Assembly: GCA_965116495.1 (NCBI GenBank)
Contig: OZ220696.1
Span: forward strand, 32,001 to 96,000
Source of the DNA: Gammaproteobacteria bacterium
Lineage (GTDB): Bacteria > Pseudomonadota > Gammaproteobacteria > Eutrophobiales > Eutrophobiaceae
Reading direction: 5' to 3'
Length of the DNA stretch: 64,000 nucleotides
How positions within the stretch are numbered: the first letter of the stretch is position 1; every line of letters begins with the position of its first letter. Shown here piece after piece: positions 29,311 to 39,913 of the stretch. Both the position numbers and the translations under genes were made by a program. The notes under the pieces were generated by a model that searched no databases, was not told where the DNA came from, and saw only the letters and a list, made by a program, of their open reading frames with translations.

Positions 29311-30630
29311 ATGATTACGATTCCGCTATGGCTGCTGCTTTCCGTACCAGCCCTGATCATAGCGCTGCTGGTCGTTATACTCGGCAAATTGTCTGCGAAC
29401 AGTAAAGGGGAAACGGAAGAAATTGTGCGCGAGGAGTTTCGCACGAGCCGGCAGGAAGCCACTGGCAGCGCCCGCAGCCTGCGCGAAGAAGTAGCCAGGA
29501 TGCAAAAAGACGCCAATGACAGCGTTATCAAAGTGATCGGTGAGATGGGCAAGGCCCAGCAGACGCGCCTTGATGCGGCCGAGTTGAGGATTAAGGAGTT
29601 GAGCGACAAAAATGAAACAAGGATAGGCCAACTCAGGGACACCTTGGATACGAAAATGAAGACCTTGCAGGACGGTAATGACAGGAAACTCGAACAGATG
29701 CGGCAGACGGTGGATGAAAAACTGCAGAGCACACTGGAAAAGCGCCTGGGTGAGTCATTCAAAATAGTCAGCGAACGTCTGGAGGCGGTACAACGCGGGC
29801 TGGGAGAAATGCAGAACCTGGCAACCGGGGTGGGAGATCTCAAACGGGTATTAACCAATGTCAAGGCACGGGGCACGTGGGGAGAGGTGCAACTCGGCGC
29901 CATTCTGGAGCAGATGCTGGCCCCGGAACAGTATGAAAACAACGTCAGGGTTCGTCCCGAGTCCGCAGAGGTGGTCGAGTTTGCCATCCGGCTTCCCGGC
30001 GCCGGTCCTGACATTGACGAGAGCGTCTGGTTGCCGATCGATGCAAAATTTCCACAGGAAGATTACCAGCGCCTGCTCAACGCCACAGAAAGCGCCGATG
30101 CGGATGCAGTCGAGCAATCAATGAAGTCACTAACCCGCGCCATAGAGGTTTCTGCAAAGGACATATCGGAAAAATATATTTCGCCCCCGGCAACCACCGA
30201 CTTTGCCATCATGTTCCTGCCCACGGAGGGCCTGTATGCTGAAGTGCTCAGACAACCCGGCCTGCTTGAAAAACTCCAACATCACCACAGGGTGATTGTA
30301 GCCGGACCGACAACCCTGTCTGCGATTCTGAACAGTTTGCGCATGGGTTTCCGCACCCTTGCCATCGAAAAGCGTTCCAGCGAGGTCTGGCAGATACTGG
30401 CGGCCGTGAAGACCGAGTTCGGCAAGTTCGGAGAGGTATTGACCAGGGTCAAAAGACAGCTGGACACGGCCTCCAACACAATTGATCAGACAGGGGTACG
30501 CACCAGGGCCATGGAAAGGAAGCTCAGAGATGTAGAAGCCTTGCCCGGGGAAGAATCCGACAAACTACTGGAACTTTCCGATGAATTAGTAGATGGAGAG
30601 GATGTAGAGAACACAGAAGGTAGAGAGTAA
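29311..30630 (+). CDS. rmuC: DNA recombination protein RmuC
   Basis: N-terminal TM and coiled coil; RGTWGE, PIDAKFP, FLPTEGLYAE. Confidence 0.93.
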   Translation: MITIPLWLLLSVPALIIALLVVILGKLSANSKGETEEIVREEFRTSRQEATGSARSLREEVARMQKDANDSVIKVIGEMGKAQQTRLDAAELRIKELSDKNETRIGQLRDTLDTKMKTLQDGNDRKLEQMRQTVDEKLQSTLEKRLGESFKIVSERLEAVQRGLGEMQNLATGVGDLKRVLTNVKARGTWGEVQLGAILEQMLAPEQYENNVRVRPESAEVVEFAIRLPGAGPDIDESVWLPIDAKFPQEDYQRLLNATESADADAVEQSMKSLTRAIEVSAKDISEKYISPPATTDFAIMFLPTEGLYAEVLRQPGLLEKLQHHHRVIVAGPTTLSAILNSLRMGFRTLAIEKRSSEVWQILAAVKTEFGKFGEVLTRVKRQLDTASNTIDQTGVRTRAMERKLRDVEALPGEESDKLLELSDELVDGEDVENTEGRE

Positions 30631-30650
30631 CGACAGGGTTTATTATCGAC

Positions 30651-32930
30651 CTAATCTGCAGATACAGCCATTCGGGTTGTTTCTTTTTCCTCAATCTCAA
30701 TAGTCAATTCGTCGTCTTCCGCCGAAACAATGACGTGGCCGCCGTGCAGCAGTTTGCCGAACAGGAGTTCCTCAGCCAGTTCTTTCTTTATCTTTTCCTG
30801 GATCAGGCGTGACATGGGCCTGGCGCCCATGATCTTGTCATAGCCGTGTCTGCACAGCCACAGCCGGGCGGCTTCGTCCACATCGATGACGACTTTCTTG
30901 TCGTCGAGTTGCGCCTGTAATTCAACCAGGAACTTATCCACTACGTTGAGGATGGTCTTGTGGTCCAGCGCATTGAATTCGATTATGGCGTTCAGGCGGT
31001 TACGGAATTCCGGGCTGAAGGTCTTGATGATGGCTTCCATGGCGTCCGAACTGTGGTCCTGCTGGGTAAATCCGACTGAAGCCCGGCTGATTCGGTCCGC
31101 CCCGGCATTGGTGGTCATGATGATGATCACGTTGCGGAAATCGACGTGACGACCGTTGGTGTCCGTGAGAGTACCATGGTCCATTACCTGCAGCATCAGG
31201 TTAAAGACATCGGGATGTGCCTTTTCCATTTCGTCCAGGAGCAGCACGCAATGGGGATGCTTGTTGATCTCATCGGTCAGGAGACCGCCCTGGTCGAAAC
31301 CCACGTATCCCGGCGGCGCGCCGATGAGGCGGGAGACCGTGTGACGTTCCATGTATTCGGACATATCAAAGCGGATCAACTGGATACCCATGGCATTGGC
31401 CAGTTGTTTGCTGATCTCCGTTTTCCCGACACCGGTTGGTCCGGCCAGCAGGAACGCGCCTATCGGCTGTTCCGGGTTACCCAGTCCCGAGCGCGCCATC
31501 TTGATGGCCGTGGCAAGGCTTTCGATGGCCTTATCCTGGCCAAAGACGACCATTTTCAGGTTGCGATCAAGGTTCTTCATGATATCCCGGTGCGATGTAG
31601 TAACCGCTTTCGGCGGAATACGGGCGACCTTGGCGACAATGTTTTCAATGTCCTGTACCCCGATGGTTTTTTTGCGTCTTGAAGGCGGCAGCAATTGCTG
31701 TGATGCGCCGGCTTCATCTATGATGTCTATGGCTTTATCGGGAAGGTGGCGGTCGGTTATATAGCGTTCCGAAAGTTCTGACGCCGATCGTAATGACTGG
31801 TTGGTATAACGCACCTGGTGGTGATCTTCAAAACGGGATTTCAATCCCTGTAATATTTTGACGGTTTCATCGATGGAAGGCTCGGTCACGTCGATTTTCT
31901 GGAAACGGCGCGCCAGGGCCCGGTCTTTCTCGAAAATACCGCGGAATTCCTGGTAGGTAGTGGAGCCTATACACTTGATGTCACCGGACGCCAGTACCGG
32001 CTTGATAATATTGGAAGCATCCATCACACCGCCCGAGGCGGCGCCGGCGCCGATAATGGTATGTATTTCATCTATGAACAGAATAGCGCCATCGTAACGC
32101 ATGAGTTCGGCAATGACGCCCTTGAGCCGTTTTTCAAAATCTCCGCGATACTTGGTTCCGGCAAGCAGGGCACCCATATCCAGCGAAAAAATTGTGCAAT
32201 CCAGCAATACTTCCGGCACCTGGTTATCGACAATCTGTTTGGCAATGCCTTCGGCGATAGCGGTTTTGCCGACTCCGGCTTCGCCGACGAAGAGCGGATT
32301 ATTCTTGCGCCGCCGGCACAGGATCTGGATAGTTCGTTGCACCTCGTTTTCGCGACCGATCAGCGGATCAATCTTGCCGAGTTCCGCCTGTTGATTCAAG
32401 TTGGTCGTGTAGCTTTCCAGTGGATTGTTGCCGCCTTCATCCTGGCGTGTCTCATCATGGTCGCCGGATGCGGGTGAATCACCGGTTTCGTCCTCCGGAC
32501 TTTTTGTGATGCCGTGAGCGATGTAATTCACCACGTCGAGTCTGGCGATGTTTTGCTGGTGCAGGAAAAAAGCGGCATGGGTTTCACGTTCGCCAAAGAT
32601 GGCAACCAGGATATTGGCGCCGCTGACTTCTTTTCTGCCGGACGACTGTACATGCTGAACAGCCCGCTGGAATACCCGTTGAAAGCCCAGTGTGGGTTGG
32701 GTCTCACGCTCGTCATTGTCGCTGAGACGCGGTGAATTGTCCTCGATAAAACGTGTAAGTTCGCTATGTAATTCCTCCATATCGGCGCCGCAGGCCCGCA
32801 ACACCTTGATCGCGGCCGGGTTGTCCAGCAATGCCAGTAATAAATGCTCAACCGTCACAAATTCGTAGCGCTTGTCGCGTGCACTGCGGAACGCGTCATT
32901 CAGTGTCTGTTCCAGGTCTTTATCGAGCAT
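30651..32930 (-). CDS. clpA: ATP-dependent Clp protease ATP-binding subunit ClpA
   Basis: GEAGVGKT, GPTGVGKT, FDMSEYME; immediately downstream of clpS. Confidence 0.97.
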   Translation of the reverse strand: MLDKDLEQTLNDAFRSARDKRYEFVTVEHLLLALLDNPAAIKVLRACGADMEELHSELTRFIEDNSPRLSDNDERETQPTLGFQRVFQRAVQHVQSSGRKEVSGANILVAIFGERETHAAFFLHQQNIARLDVVNYIAHGITKSPEDETGDSPASGDHDETRQDEGGNNPLESYTTNLNQQAELGKIDPLIGRENEVQRTIQILCRRRKNNPLFVGEAGVGKTAIAEGIAKQIVDNQVPEVLLDCTIFSLDMGALLAGTKYRGDFEKRLKGVIAELMRYDGAILFIDEIHTIIGAGAASGGVMDASNIIKPVLASGDIKCIGSTTYQEFRGIFEKDRALARRFQKIDVTEPSIDETVKILQGLKSRFEDHHQVRYTNQSLRSASELSERYITDRHLPDKAIDIIDEAGASQQLLPPSRRKKTIGVQDIENIVAKVARIPPKAVTTSHRDIMKNLDRNLKMVVFGQDKAIESLATAIKMARSGLGNPEQPIGAFLLAGPTGVGKTEISKQLANAMGIQLIRFDMSEYMERHTVSRLIGAPPGYVGFDQGGLLTDEINKHPHCVLLLDEMEKAHPDVFNLMLQVMDHGTLTDTNGRHVDFRNVIIIMTTNAGADRISRASVGFTQQDHSSDAMEAIIKTFSPEFRNRLNAIIEFNALDHKTILNVVDKFLVELQAQLDDKKVVIDVDEAARLWLCRHGYDKIMGARPMSRLIQEKIKKELAEELLFGKLLHGGHVIVSAEDDELTIEIEEKETTRMAVSAD

Positions 32931-32945
32931 AACGTTATCCTGTAT

Positions 32946-33269
32946 TTAGTGGTCTTTCTCCATTGTACATTTCAATGGATGTTCATGTTCCCGTGAGTAA
33001 TGATTTACCTGCACGACCTTGGTCTGGGCAACATCATGGGTAAATACACCACACACTCCCATACCGCGCGTGTGTACTTCCAGCATGATCCGCGTTGCGG
33101 TTTCCCGGTCCAGGCAAAAAAATATTTCCAGGATGTGTACCACAAACTCCATGGGGGTGTAGTCATCATTAAGCAGGATGACCTTGTACAGGGGCGGTCG
33201 TTTTAACTTGGGCTTGGCCTCCAGTAACGCCAGGTCTTCGTTATAACGCTCGTCAGTTTTCTCGGACAT
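32946..33269 (-). CDS. clpS: Clp protease adaptor ClpS
   Basis: [27 protein letters not shown]. Confidence 0.97.
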   Translation of the reverse strand: MSEKTDERYNEDLALLEAKPKLKRPPLYKVILLNDDYTPMEFVVHILEIFFCLDRETATRIMLEVHTRGMGVCGVFTHDVAQTKVVQVNHYSREHEHPLKCTMEKDH

Positions 33270-33425
33270 TGCGGTCCCGTATCGTGTGTTTTGTTAATGA
33301 TAGCGTAACAGGTTGTGACTGCCAATATTGCAGTTTCAATATCGCTACTGGGTGGTCGTAACGGATTTGCAGGCAACGCAGCGGCAGTGTAGACTGGCCA
33401 TTTTCGTTTCGTTAAGGAGAATTGA

Positions 33426-34715
33426 ATGAACAATGCAATAAAGCAGATTGAGCGGGACTGGGTAGAGAACCCTCGTTGGAAAAATGTCAGGCGGGACTAT
33501 GGCGCCGCTGACGTGGTGAAATTGAGAGGTTCCGTACAGGTCGAGCATACACTGGCAAAACGCGGCGCGGAGAAGTTATGGGACCTGGTGAACAACGAGG
33601 ATTATATAAACAGTCTGGGCGCGGTAACCGGCGGTCAGGCCGTACAGCAGGTCAAGGCCGGCGTAAAAGCTATCTACCTGTCGGGTTGGCAAGTGGCGGC
33701 CGACGGCAATACTTCAGAGACGATGTATCCTGATCAATCACTTTATGCAGTCGATTCAGTCCCCACCGTGGTTCGACGCATCAATAATGCCTTCAAGCGG
33801 GCTGATGAAATCCAATGCGCCAGGGGTGCAGGGAACGTGGATTACTTTGCGCCTGTAGTTGCCGATGCCGAAGCCGGGTTCGGCGGGGTCCTGAATGCGT
33901 TTGAATTGATGAAGGGCATGATTGAAGCAGGAGCCGCCGGCGTACATTTTGAGGACCAGCTTGCCTCCGTCAAGAAATGCGGGCACATGGGAGGAAAAGT
34001 ACTGGTGCCCACCCAGGAAGCTGTCCAGAAATTGGTGGCGGCAAGATTGGCGGCGGACATAATGGGCGTACCGACCATTGTCCTGGCCAGGACAGACGCC
34101 AATGCCGCGGCGCTGCTGACCTCCGATGTGGATGAAAGAGACCATCCGTTCATCACCGGCAAGCGGACCGCAGAAGGATTTTATGTCACCAGCGCCGGGT
34201 TGGGCCAGGCGATTGCCCGTGGCCTGGCCTACGCGCCGTACTCGGATCTACTCTGGTGTGAAACAGCGGTGCCGGACCTGGACGAAGCCAGACGTTTTGC
34301 CGAGGCAATCCACAACGAATATCCGGACCAACTGCTGGCCTATAACTGCTCGCCGTCTTTCAACTGGAAAAAGAACCTGGATGATATCACCATAGCCAAA
34401 TTTCAACGTGAGCTGGGGGCGATGGGTTATAAGTACCAGTTCATTACCCTGGCGGGTATCCATAACATGTGGTACCACATGTTTGATCTGGCCCATAATT
34501 ATGTAAACAGGGGCATGACCGCCTATGTCGAGATGATACAGGAACCGGAATTTGCTGCGGCGAAAAAGGGCTATACGTTCGCCTCGCACCAGCAGGAAGT
34601 GGGCGCCGGCTATTTCGATGAAGTGACTAATGTTATACAGGGTGGCCGCTCATCGGTAACGGCGTTGACGGGCTCCACGGAAGAGGAACAGTTTGATAAG
34701 GCGGCCAGTAACTGA
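33426..34715 (+). CDS. aceA: Isocitrate lyase
   Basis: [36 protein letters not shown]. Confidence 0.97.
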   Translation: MNNAIKQIERDWVENPRWKNVRRDYGAADVVKLRGSVQVEHTLAKRGAEKLWDLVNNEDYINSLGAVTGGQAVQQVKAGVKAIYLSGWQVAADGNTSETMYPDQSLYAVDSVPTVVRRINNAFKRADEIQCARGAGNVDYFAPVVADAEAGFGGVLNAFELMKGMIEAGAAGVHFEDQLASVKKCGHMGGKVLVPTQEAVQKLVAARLAADIMGVPTIVLARTDANAAALLTSDVDERDHPFITGKRTAEGFYVTSAGLGQAIARGLAYAPYSDLLWCETAVPDLDEARRFAEAIHNEYPDQLLAYNCSPSFNWKKNLDDITIAKFQRELGAMGYKYQFITLAGIHNMWYHMFDLAHNYVNRGMTAYVEMIQEPEFAAAKKGYTFASHQQEVGAGYFDEVTNVIQGGRSSVTALTGSTEEEQFDKAASN

Positions 34716-34784
34716 GGAGAGAACAAAAAGAACCGGGAAGGCGGGGGCGCCGAAACCCGCCCCTGCGCATCCCCGGGCAGTCTC

Positions 34785-35435
34785 ATGAGTTTCACAACAT
34801 TGTTCCTGCAGCGTCTGGCAGAGCTTAAGGAACGGAAACCGCAAACCTTCCCCGCACACCTGCTTCCCGGCAAATTCTCCAGTGCCGCCGTTTTATTGCT
34901 GTTCTGGCCGGGTCCGGATGATGCCGTTGAAGTGGTTTTCACCAAACGTACTGAGACTGTTTCCAGTCATCGCGGCCAGGTGTCCTTCCCCGGCGGCGTA
35001 TTTCATGCCGGTGATGAGGACATGGCTGCTACCGCGTTACGGGAGACACAGGAAGAACTCGGAATTGATCCCGGCGCCGTCACCATAATGGGCCGTCTGG
35101 ATGACGCCTACAGTATCGCCGGCCATCACGTGATCCCTTACGTGGGTTGGGCCGACAGGATGCCTGAGATTACCGCAAATGCCGGTGAAGTGGCAGAGGT
35201 GATCATTGCCGACGTCCGGTTGCTGTTACTCCCTGAAGTGAATACCTCGCATACCGTTGACTTACCCGGCAAACCACGGACGACCCATGCCTTTGACTGG
35301 GACGGCGGTTACGTCTGGGGTCTTACCGCCGATTTGCTGCTGGAATTTCTTATCTGGCTCAAACAGGAATCCTCCGACCGCTTCCAGTTGCGCCTGCAAA
35401 AAATGAGCGACCTGACCGGGTATAAGGCGGGTTAG
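34785..35435 (+). CDS. CoA pyrophosphatase (Nudix, NudL-like)
   Basis: HRGQVSFPGG...ALRETQEELG; VWGLTA. Confidence 0.88.
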   Translation: MSFTTLFLQRLAELKERKPQTFPAHLLPGKFSSAAVLLLFWPGPDDAVEVVFTKRTETVSSHRGQVSFPGGVFHAGDEDMAATALRETQEELGIDPGAVTIMGRLDDAYSIAGHHVIPYVGWADRMPEITANAGEVAEVIIADVRLLLLPEVNTSHTVDLPGKPRTTHAFDWDGGYVWGLTADLLLEFLIWLKQESSDRFQLRLQKMSDLTGYKAG

Positions 35436-35479
35436 CCAGTGCCTGGCATCGCTGGAATCCCGGAGCAGGCCGGATTTCC

Positions 35480-36607
35480 CTAATACCTGATCATCAGGCG
35501 CGTCAGGATTGCCTCGTACAGGGCCGACAGCATTTCCAGGTCGGCGCTGCGCACGCATTCGTTGACCTTATGAATGGTGGCGTTTACCGGCCCCAGTTCC
35601 ACCACCTCGGCGCCGGTTGGAGCAATGAAGCGCCCGTCGGAAGTGCCACCGTCCGTGGAAATCTCCGGCTTGATGCCGCAGATGTCCGCAACCGCGCCTT
35701 GAACCGCGTCCAGTAGTTTCCCTGATTGCGTCAGGAAGGGCTGGCTGCAGGGCCGCCACAGGATGTCGTATTCCAGTCCGTGTTTTTGCAGCAGGCCCTC
35801 AATAGCATCCTTGAGTTTCTGTTCGGTCCATTCGGTGGAAAAGCGCAGGTTGAAACTGACTTCCACGGAGGCCGGTATCACGTTTTCTGCGCCGGTACCG
35901 GCATGGATATTGGAGACCTGAAAGCTGCTGGGGGGATAATGGACGTTGCCATTATCCCATACCCGCTGACTCAACTCCACCAGGGCCGGGCCGACCAGGT
36001 GCACGGGATTTTTTGCCAGTGCGGGGTAGGCCGTATGTCCCTGTATGCCGGAGACGGTCAGCACGCCGGACAGTGAGCCGCGCCGCCCGTTCTTGATTAC
36101 ATCTCCGAGTGTTTCACGGCTGCAGGGTTCGCCTACCAGGCACCAGTCAAGCCTGATGTTGTTCCGCTCCAGGTATTCCACAACTTTCACTGTGCCGTTT
36201 ACTGCGATACCCTCTTCATCGCTGGTCAATAACAGGCAGATAGTCCCGTCATGCAGGGGATTTGCTGCGACGAAACGCTCCAGCGCGGTCACCATGGCGG
36301 CGATGCTGCCTTTCATGTCGGCCGCGCCGCGACCGTACAGGTAGCCGTTCCGTTCCCGGGGTTCAAACGGTGCTGAATCCCAGTCTGATTCAGACCCTGC
36401 CGGCACCACGTCGGTGTGGCCCAGGAAAGTGAAGCAGGGCGCCCCCCGGCCGTGAGTGGCCCACAGGTTGGTCACGTCCGCGCAGGGCATGTGGGTGATG
36501 TTGAACCCGCATTTTTTCAGGCGTTCAGCAATCACCGACTGGCAGCCGGCATCGTCGGGCGTTACCGAGCGCCTGGAAATGAGTTCCCTGGTCAATGCAA
36601 GTGTCAT
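35480..36607 (-). CDS. dapE: Succinyl-diaminopimelate desuccinylase
   Basis: GHTDVVP, GRGAADMKG, SDEE, GRRGS, GGTSDGRF, TIHKVNE. Confidence 0.96.
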   Translation of the reverse strand: MTLALTRELISRRSVTPDDAGCQSVIAERLKKCGFNITHMPCADVTNLWATHGRGAPCFTFLGHTDVVPAGSESDWDSAPFEPRERNGYLYGRGAADMKGSIAAMVTALERFVAANPLHDGTICLLLTSDEEGIAVNGTVKVVEYLERNNIRLDWCLVGEPCSRETLGDVIKNGRRGSLSGVLTVSGIQGHTAYPALAKNPVHLVGPALVELSQRVWDNGNVHYPPSSFQVSNIHAGTGAENVIPASVEVSFNLRFSTEWTEQKLKDAIEGLLQKHGLEYDILWRPCSQPFLTQSGKLLDAVQGAVADICGIKPEISTDGGTSDGRFIAPTGAEVVELGPVNATIHKVNECVRSADLEMLSALYEAILTRLMIRY

Positions 36608-36686
36608 GGGATATTACCTGACGACAATGGACGTGATGGCGCTATCGTACCACCTTGTGTGTGTGTTTAGCCGGGATTTTCCCGCG

Positions 36687-37253
36687 TTAGCCTGCAGAGG
36701 AGAAGGCGCCACTATCCTGTATGATACCTTCGTACAGTTTTTCAAATTGTGTATGGACTACCTCGCCGAATAACGGGTCCTCAACCTGGGAAATATTATC
36801 ATTTATCATTTTCCATTCCGTGTCCTCCAATGTGCCTCTCGCTTTTGGGAAAATGACGCCTTCCTCCATGTCCATATGTTTCCATAACAGGTTGATGTAC
36901 GCCCTGGCATTGTCCAGTATCACGTCCATGGGTATAATCGCTCCGTTGATTACACCGTTCAGAGCGTCTTTCAAAGCCAGCCCGGTGACGGCCAGTTGTT
37001 TGTGCTCGTTATTCAGTTCGCGGACCTGGGGGGAACTGTCCGGATCAAGTGCTCTCAGCACATCAAAGATGAGTTCCTCATGGGGATGATGAAAAGTATC
37101 AGGAAAACTGACCATGTAGTTCGCGATGTCGTACATGCGCACGAAATCGGCTTCTTCTCCCTGTTCCAGCTTGTCTGCTTCCGCGCTCAACAAGCCCAGT
37201 AGAACTGCATAATTCTTGTGTTCTTCATGGAGGGTTTCGAGTAAGGTAGCCAT
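36687..37253 (-). CDS. Hemerythrin-like (HHE) domain protein
   Basis: HEEH, HHPHEE, EH, HMDMEE..IFP ligand pattern. Confidence 0.85.
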   Translation of the reverse strand: MATLLETLHEEHKNYAVLLGLLSAEADKLEQGEEADFVRMYDIANYMVSFPDTFHHPHEELIFDVLRALDPDSSPQVRELNNEHKQLAVTGLALKDALNGVINGAIIPMDVILDNARAYINLLWKHMDMEEGVIFPKARGTLEDTEWKMINDNISQVEDPLFGEVVHTQFEKLYEGIIQDSGAFSSAG

Positions 37254-37433
37254 GGCTAAAATTATCCCGGATTAGTTGATATTATAGCAGTTCATGGCCA
37301 GGCGTACATTGGAATGTGATAATGATAAAAGGCCATAATTAATATCTGTCATAACATGCAAGCCCTGCATGCAGGAGGTGCAAGGACCAGGGCGTGGTTA
37401 CAACAATAACGATAACTGATTGGAATACTTGTT

Positions 37434-38720
37434 ATGCATGACCTGCAACAACTGGCGTTAATCTGGGCCAGTGTATTTATCGCTTCCTGGCTGGCGGCCA
37501 GGACCAAGCTTACGCCGGTGCTGTACTTCCTCGCCGCGGGTTGCATCCTGGTAAACCTGGGCTGGTTGCCCACCCACGCTACGCCTTTCATCAGCGGGAT
37601 TTCAGAGGTGGGCATTATCCTGATCATGTTCGCCCTGGGGTTTGAAGCAAACCCGGGTCATTTTGTCCAAAGCGCCAAACGCAGCTGGGGGATTGCCCTG
37701 TTCGGCGCGCTGGCCCCGTTTATTGCCGCCTGGTCCTGTGCGCAATATTTCTGGGGGGATGACAAGATCGCCCTGTTGTGCGGCCTGACCATGACTGCGA
37801 CGGCCGTATCACTGACCATGGTCTCATTGAAAAGTGAAGGGCTGCATTTATCCGGCGCAGCCAACGGCATCATGACATCGGCAATAATAGATGATGTAGC
37901 CTCCCTGGTCCTGGTTGCCATTCTGATCCCCATAGCTACGGGGTCAGGGGACCTGTCCGTCACCGGGATAGGGATGATTCTGCTCAGAGCGCTGTTTTTC
38001 TTTGTCCTTATAGTCATTATTGCAGCCTGGATCATGCCCCACAATGCCGAGAGGGGATTGCTGGCCCGCTACCCCGTCCTGCGCCGCTTCGGCATGGTTA
38101 ACCTGCTTTCCATAGATAACGGCAGCAAGGCCACCCTGGGGATTTTACTGGTCGCCATCTCGATCAGCCTGCTTGCTCATCACCTGGGACTGCATCCGGC
38201 CATCGGCGCCTACATGGCGGGCCTGATCATCAAGGAGGAATATTTTCATTTCGGAAAAGGAGAGAACCGGGAAACCCTGTACCAGGACACCCGTAAAATT
38301 GTCGATGATGTTGCTTTCTCATGGATTGGCCCTATCTTTTTCGTTAACCTGGGCACTGAACTCGTGTTTGACGCGGGGATCTTCATTTCCGTCCTTGATG
38401 AGGCCCTGATCGTGCTTGGTAGCGTGTTTTTTGCCCAGGTGATATCAGCCTCTGCCGCGGCGCGTTACACCGGCAGTTTTAACTGGCAGGATTCCGTAAT
38501 GATAGGGTTTGGCATGCTGGGGCGGGCGGAACTGGCGTTCGTAGTCATGAATATCGCATACATACAGCACGGTCTCTTCACCGAGGAAGTATTTTATACT
38601 CTCATGATTACAATTTTCTGGTTAAACGTTGCCGTCCCCGTCACTATCAGGTTCTGGCGCCCATATTATGCGGGGGAAAAACCGCTACCCGCGATCTTGA
38701 GAATCAGGAACTTAGAATGA
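37434..38720 (+). CDS. Cation:proton antiporter (CPA2-like)
   Basis: Multi-TM; ATAVSLT, AIIDDV, PIFF..LG, GRAELA. Confidence 0.88.
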   Translation: MHDLQQLALIWASVFIASWLAARTKLTPVLYFLAAGCILVNLGWLPTHATPFISGISEVGIILIMFALGFEANPGHFVQSAKRSWGIALFGALAPFIAAWSCAQYFWGDDKIALLCGLTMTATAVSLTMVSLKSEGLHLSGAANGIMTSAIIDDVASLVLVAILIPIATGSGDLSVTGIGMILLRALFFFVLIVIIAAWIMPHNAERGLLARYPVLRRFGMVNLLSIDNGSKATLGILLVAISISLLAHHLGLHPAIGAYMAGLIIKEEYFHFGKGENRETLYQDTRKIVDDVAFSWIGPIFFVNLGTELVFDAGIFISVLDEALIVLGSVFFAQVISASAAARYTGSFNWQDSVMIGFGMLGRAELAFVVMNIAYIQHGLFTEEVFYTLMITIFWLNVAVPVTIRFWRPYYAGEKPLPAILRIRNLE

Positions 38721-38843
38721 TGGACCATGATGCGGCATTATTTATGTCGCTGTGTATAATTCCTAACCTGGCCAAGCCAGAACCAAACAGGATTCTTGAT
38801 CATTTTTCACAGGATTTTACTCGTAAGAGACTAATTCTTAATT

Positions 38844-39012
38844 GAAAGGTTGTTCGGGGAAATGACCTCCTGCCAGAACCCCGAACGGGTCAACCGCGTG
38901 GTGGTTTCGGCTAAGGGAGATGTCCCTCCACCACCACTACCAGTACTCCCTGTACTGATTTAGTCCATCAAGTTGAAATGTTTACGTAACAAGCTCCATC
39001 TTGTGGACAGGC
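38844..39012 (-). ncRNA. Candidate CsrA/RsmA-sequestering sRNA
   Basis: Minus-strand hairpins ACAAG-ATGGAG-CTTGT and CAGTAC-AGGGA-GTACTG, further ATGGA/AGGGA/AGGA motifs, terminal GTTCGGGG/CCCCGAAC stem then TTTC; no plausible ORF. Confidence 0.55.
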
Positions 39013-39018
39013 ATGGAA

Positions 39019-39064
39019 AGTCTACCTGGAAGGGAAGATGTTTGATGTGGGAAAAGTCACATTT
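39019..39064 (-). promoter_or_regulatory. CRP-type box with -10 element in class II geometry
   Basis: Minus strand AAATGTGA-CTTTTC-CCACAT (core 39046-61, centre 39053.5); TAGACT at 39024-19 implies +1 at 39012, placing the box at -41.5. Confidence 0.62.
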
Positions 39065-39108
39065 TGTTAAAAAAACAATAAAAATGTTACAGGCAGGCTG
39101 CAGGATGA

Positions 39109-39828
39109 CTATTTTTTATAAGTTCCTATCGTATCCTGGATCATGTTTTCAAGTTTTACCACGTCGTTTATTCGCAGCCAGTTTTTCCCTTTATAGATCA
39201 CGCCGGATGATGCGAGCTGCGTCAACTCCCGTGTGATAGCTTCCCGGTGCGTACTGATCCGGCTTGCGAGCTCAATATGCCTGGGCGCCGGTGATATTGT
39301 CGCGGTATTGGAATTATCCATATTCTGCAGGGCTAAACGGAGTAGTTCAGCATGGAGTCTGTTTCTTACGTCCAGGGAACTGAATTCAACCACACGTTCC
39401 GATAATAACCTGATCAGTTGGGCAAAGCGCGCCAGTGTACGGGTCATGATCGAAGGATAAAGCTGCATAAGCCAAAGAAAATTCTGCGCGGACATGGTCG
39501 CGAGAATGGTCTCTGACAAGGTTAAAACATAAGCGGACCGGGATTTGTTGTCCACGGCAGCGATTTCCCCGAACATTTCCCCCGCTACCTGGTCACGAAA
39601 AGAGATTTCCTTTCCTGAAGCGGAATAGATGGCCACTCTTACCTTACCGCTGATGATAAAATGAACATCGCTGTCAATATCGTTATGGGACGTGACGATA
39701 TCTCCCGCAGCAAATTTTTTTCCGTGGCATTTATCGGCAACCACCTTGCGATCGTTAAAGGAAAGGTCATAAAACAATTCTACTGCGGTCAGTGAGCCCG
39801 CCGTTATCTCAATGGATGCGTTTGTCAT
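39109..39828 (-). CDS. Crp/Fnr-family regulator with cNMP-binding domain
   Basis: GEMFGEIA...RSA cNMP pocket; HTH IELASRISTHREAITR carries the CRP-like RE...R recognition residues. Confidence 0.92.
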   Translation of the reverse strand: MTNASIEITAGSLTAVELFYDLSFNDRKVVADKCHGKKFAAGDIVTSHNDIDSDVHFIISGKVRVAIYSASGKEISFRDQVAGEMFGEIAAVDNKSRSAYVLTLSETILATMSAQNFLWLMQLYPSIMTRTLARFAQLIRLLSERVVEFSSLDVRNRLHAELLRLALQNMDNSNTATISPAPRHIELASRISTHREAITRELTQLASSGVIYKGKNWLRINDVVKLENMIQDTIGTYKK

Positions 39829-39913
39829 TTTTTCACCATATTCAAATTATTCCGTTAATCGTATCTTGCGTCGGGCTGGTTTTTTCCGTCTCCTGTACTG
39901 TCCCCACTATGGT

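Noticed and set aside
37318-37336. Fur box upstream of the hemerythrin gene (GATAATGATAA)
   Set aside because: Only 11/19 match, confined to one half-site.
38844-38960. Riboswitch reading of the structured intergenic region
   Set aside because: It lies between two gene 3' ends with no downstream ORF to control, and I recognise no aptamer consensus.
38973-39236. 87-aa plus-strand ORF
   Set aside because: TTG start, overlaps crp antisense and spans the CRP box; no protein features.
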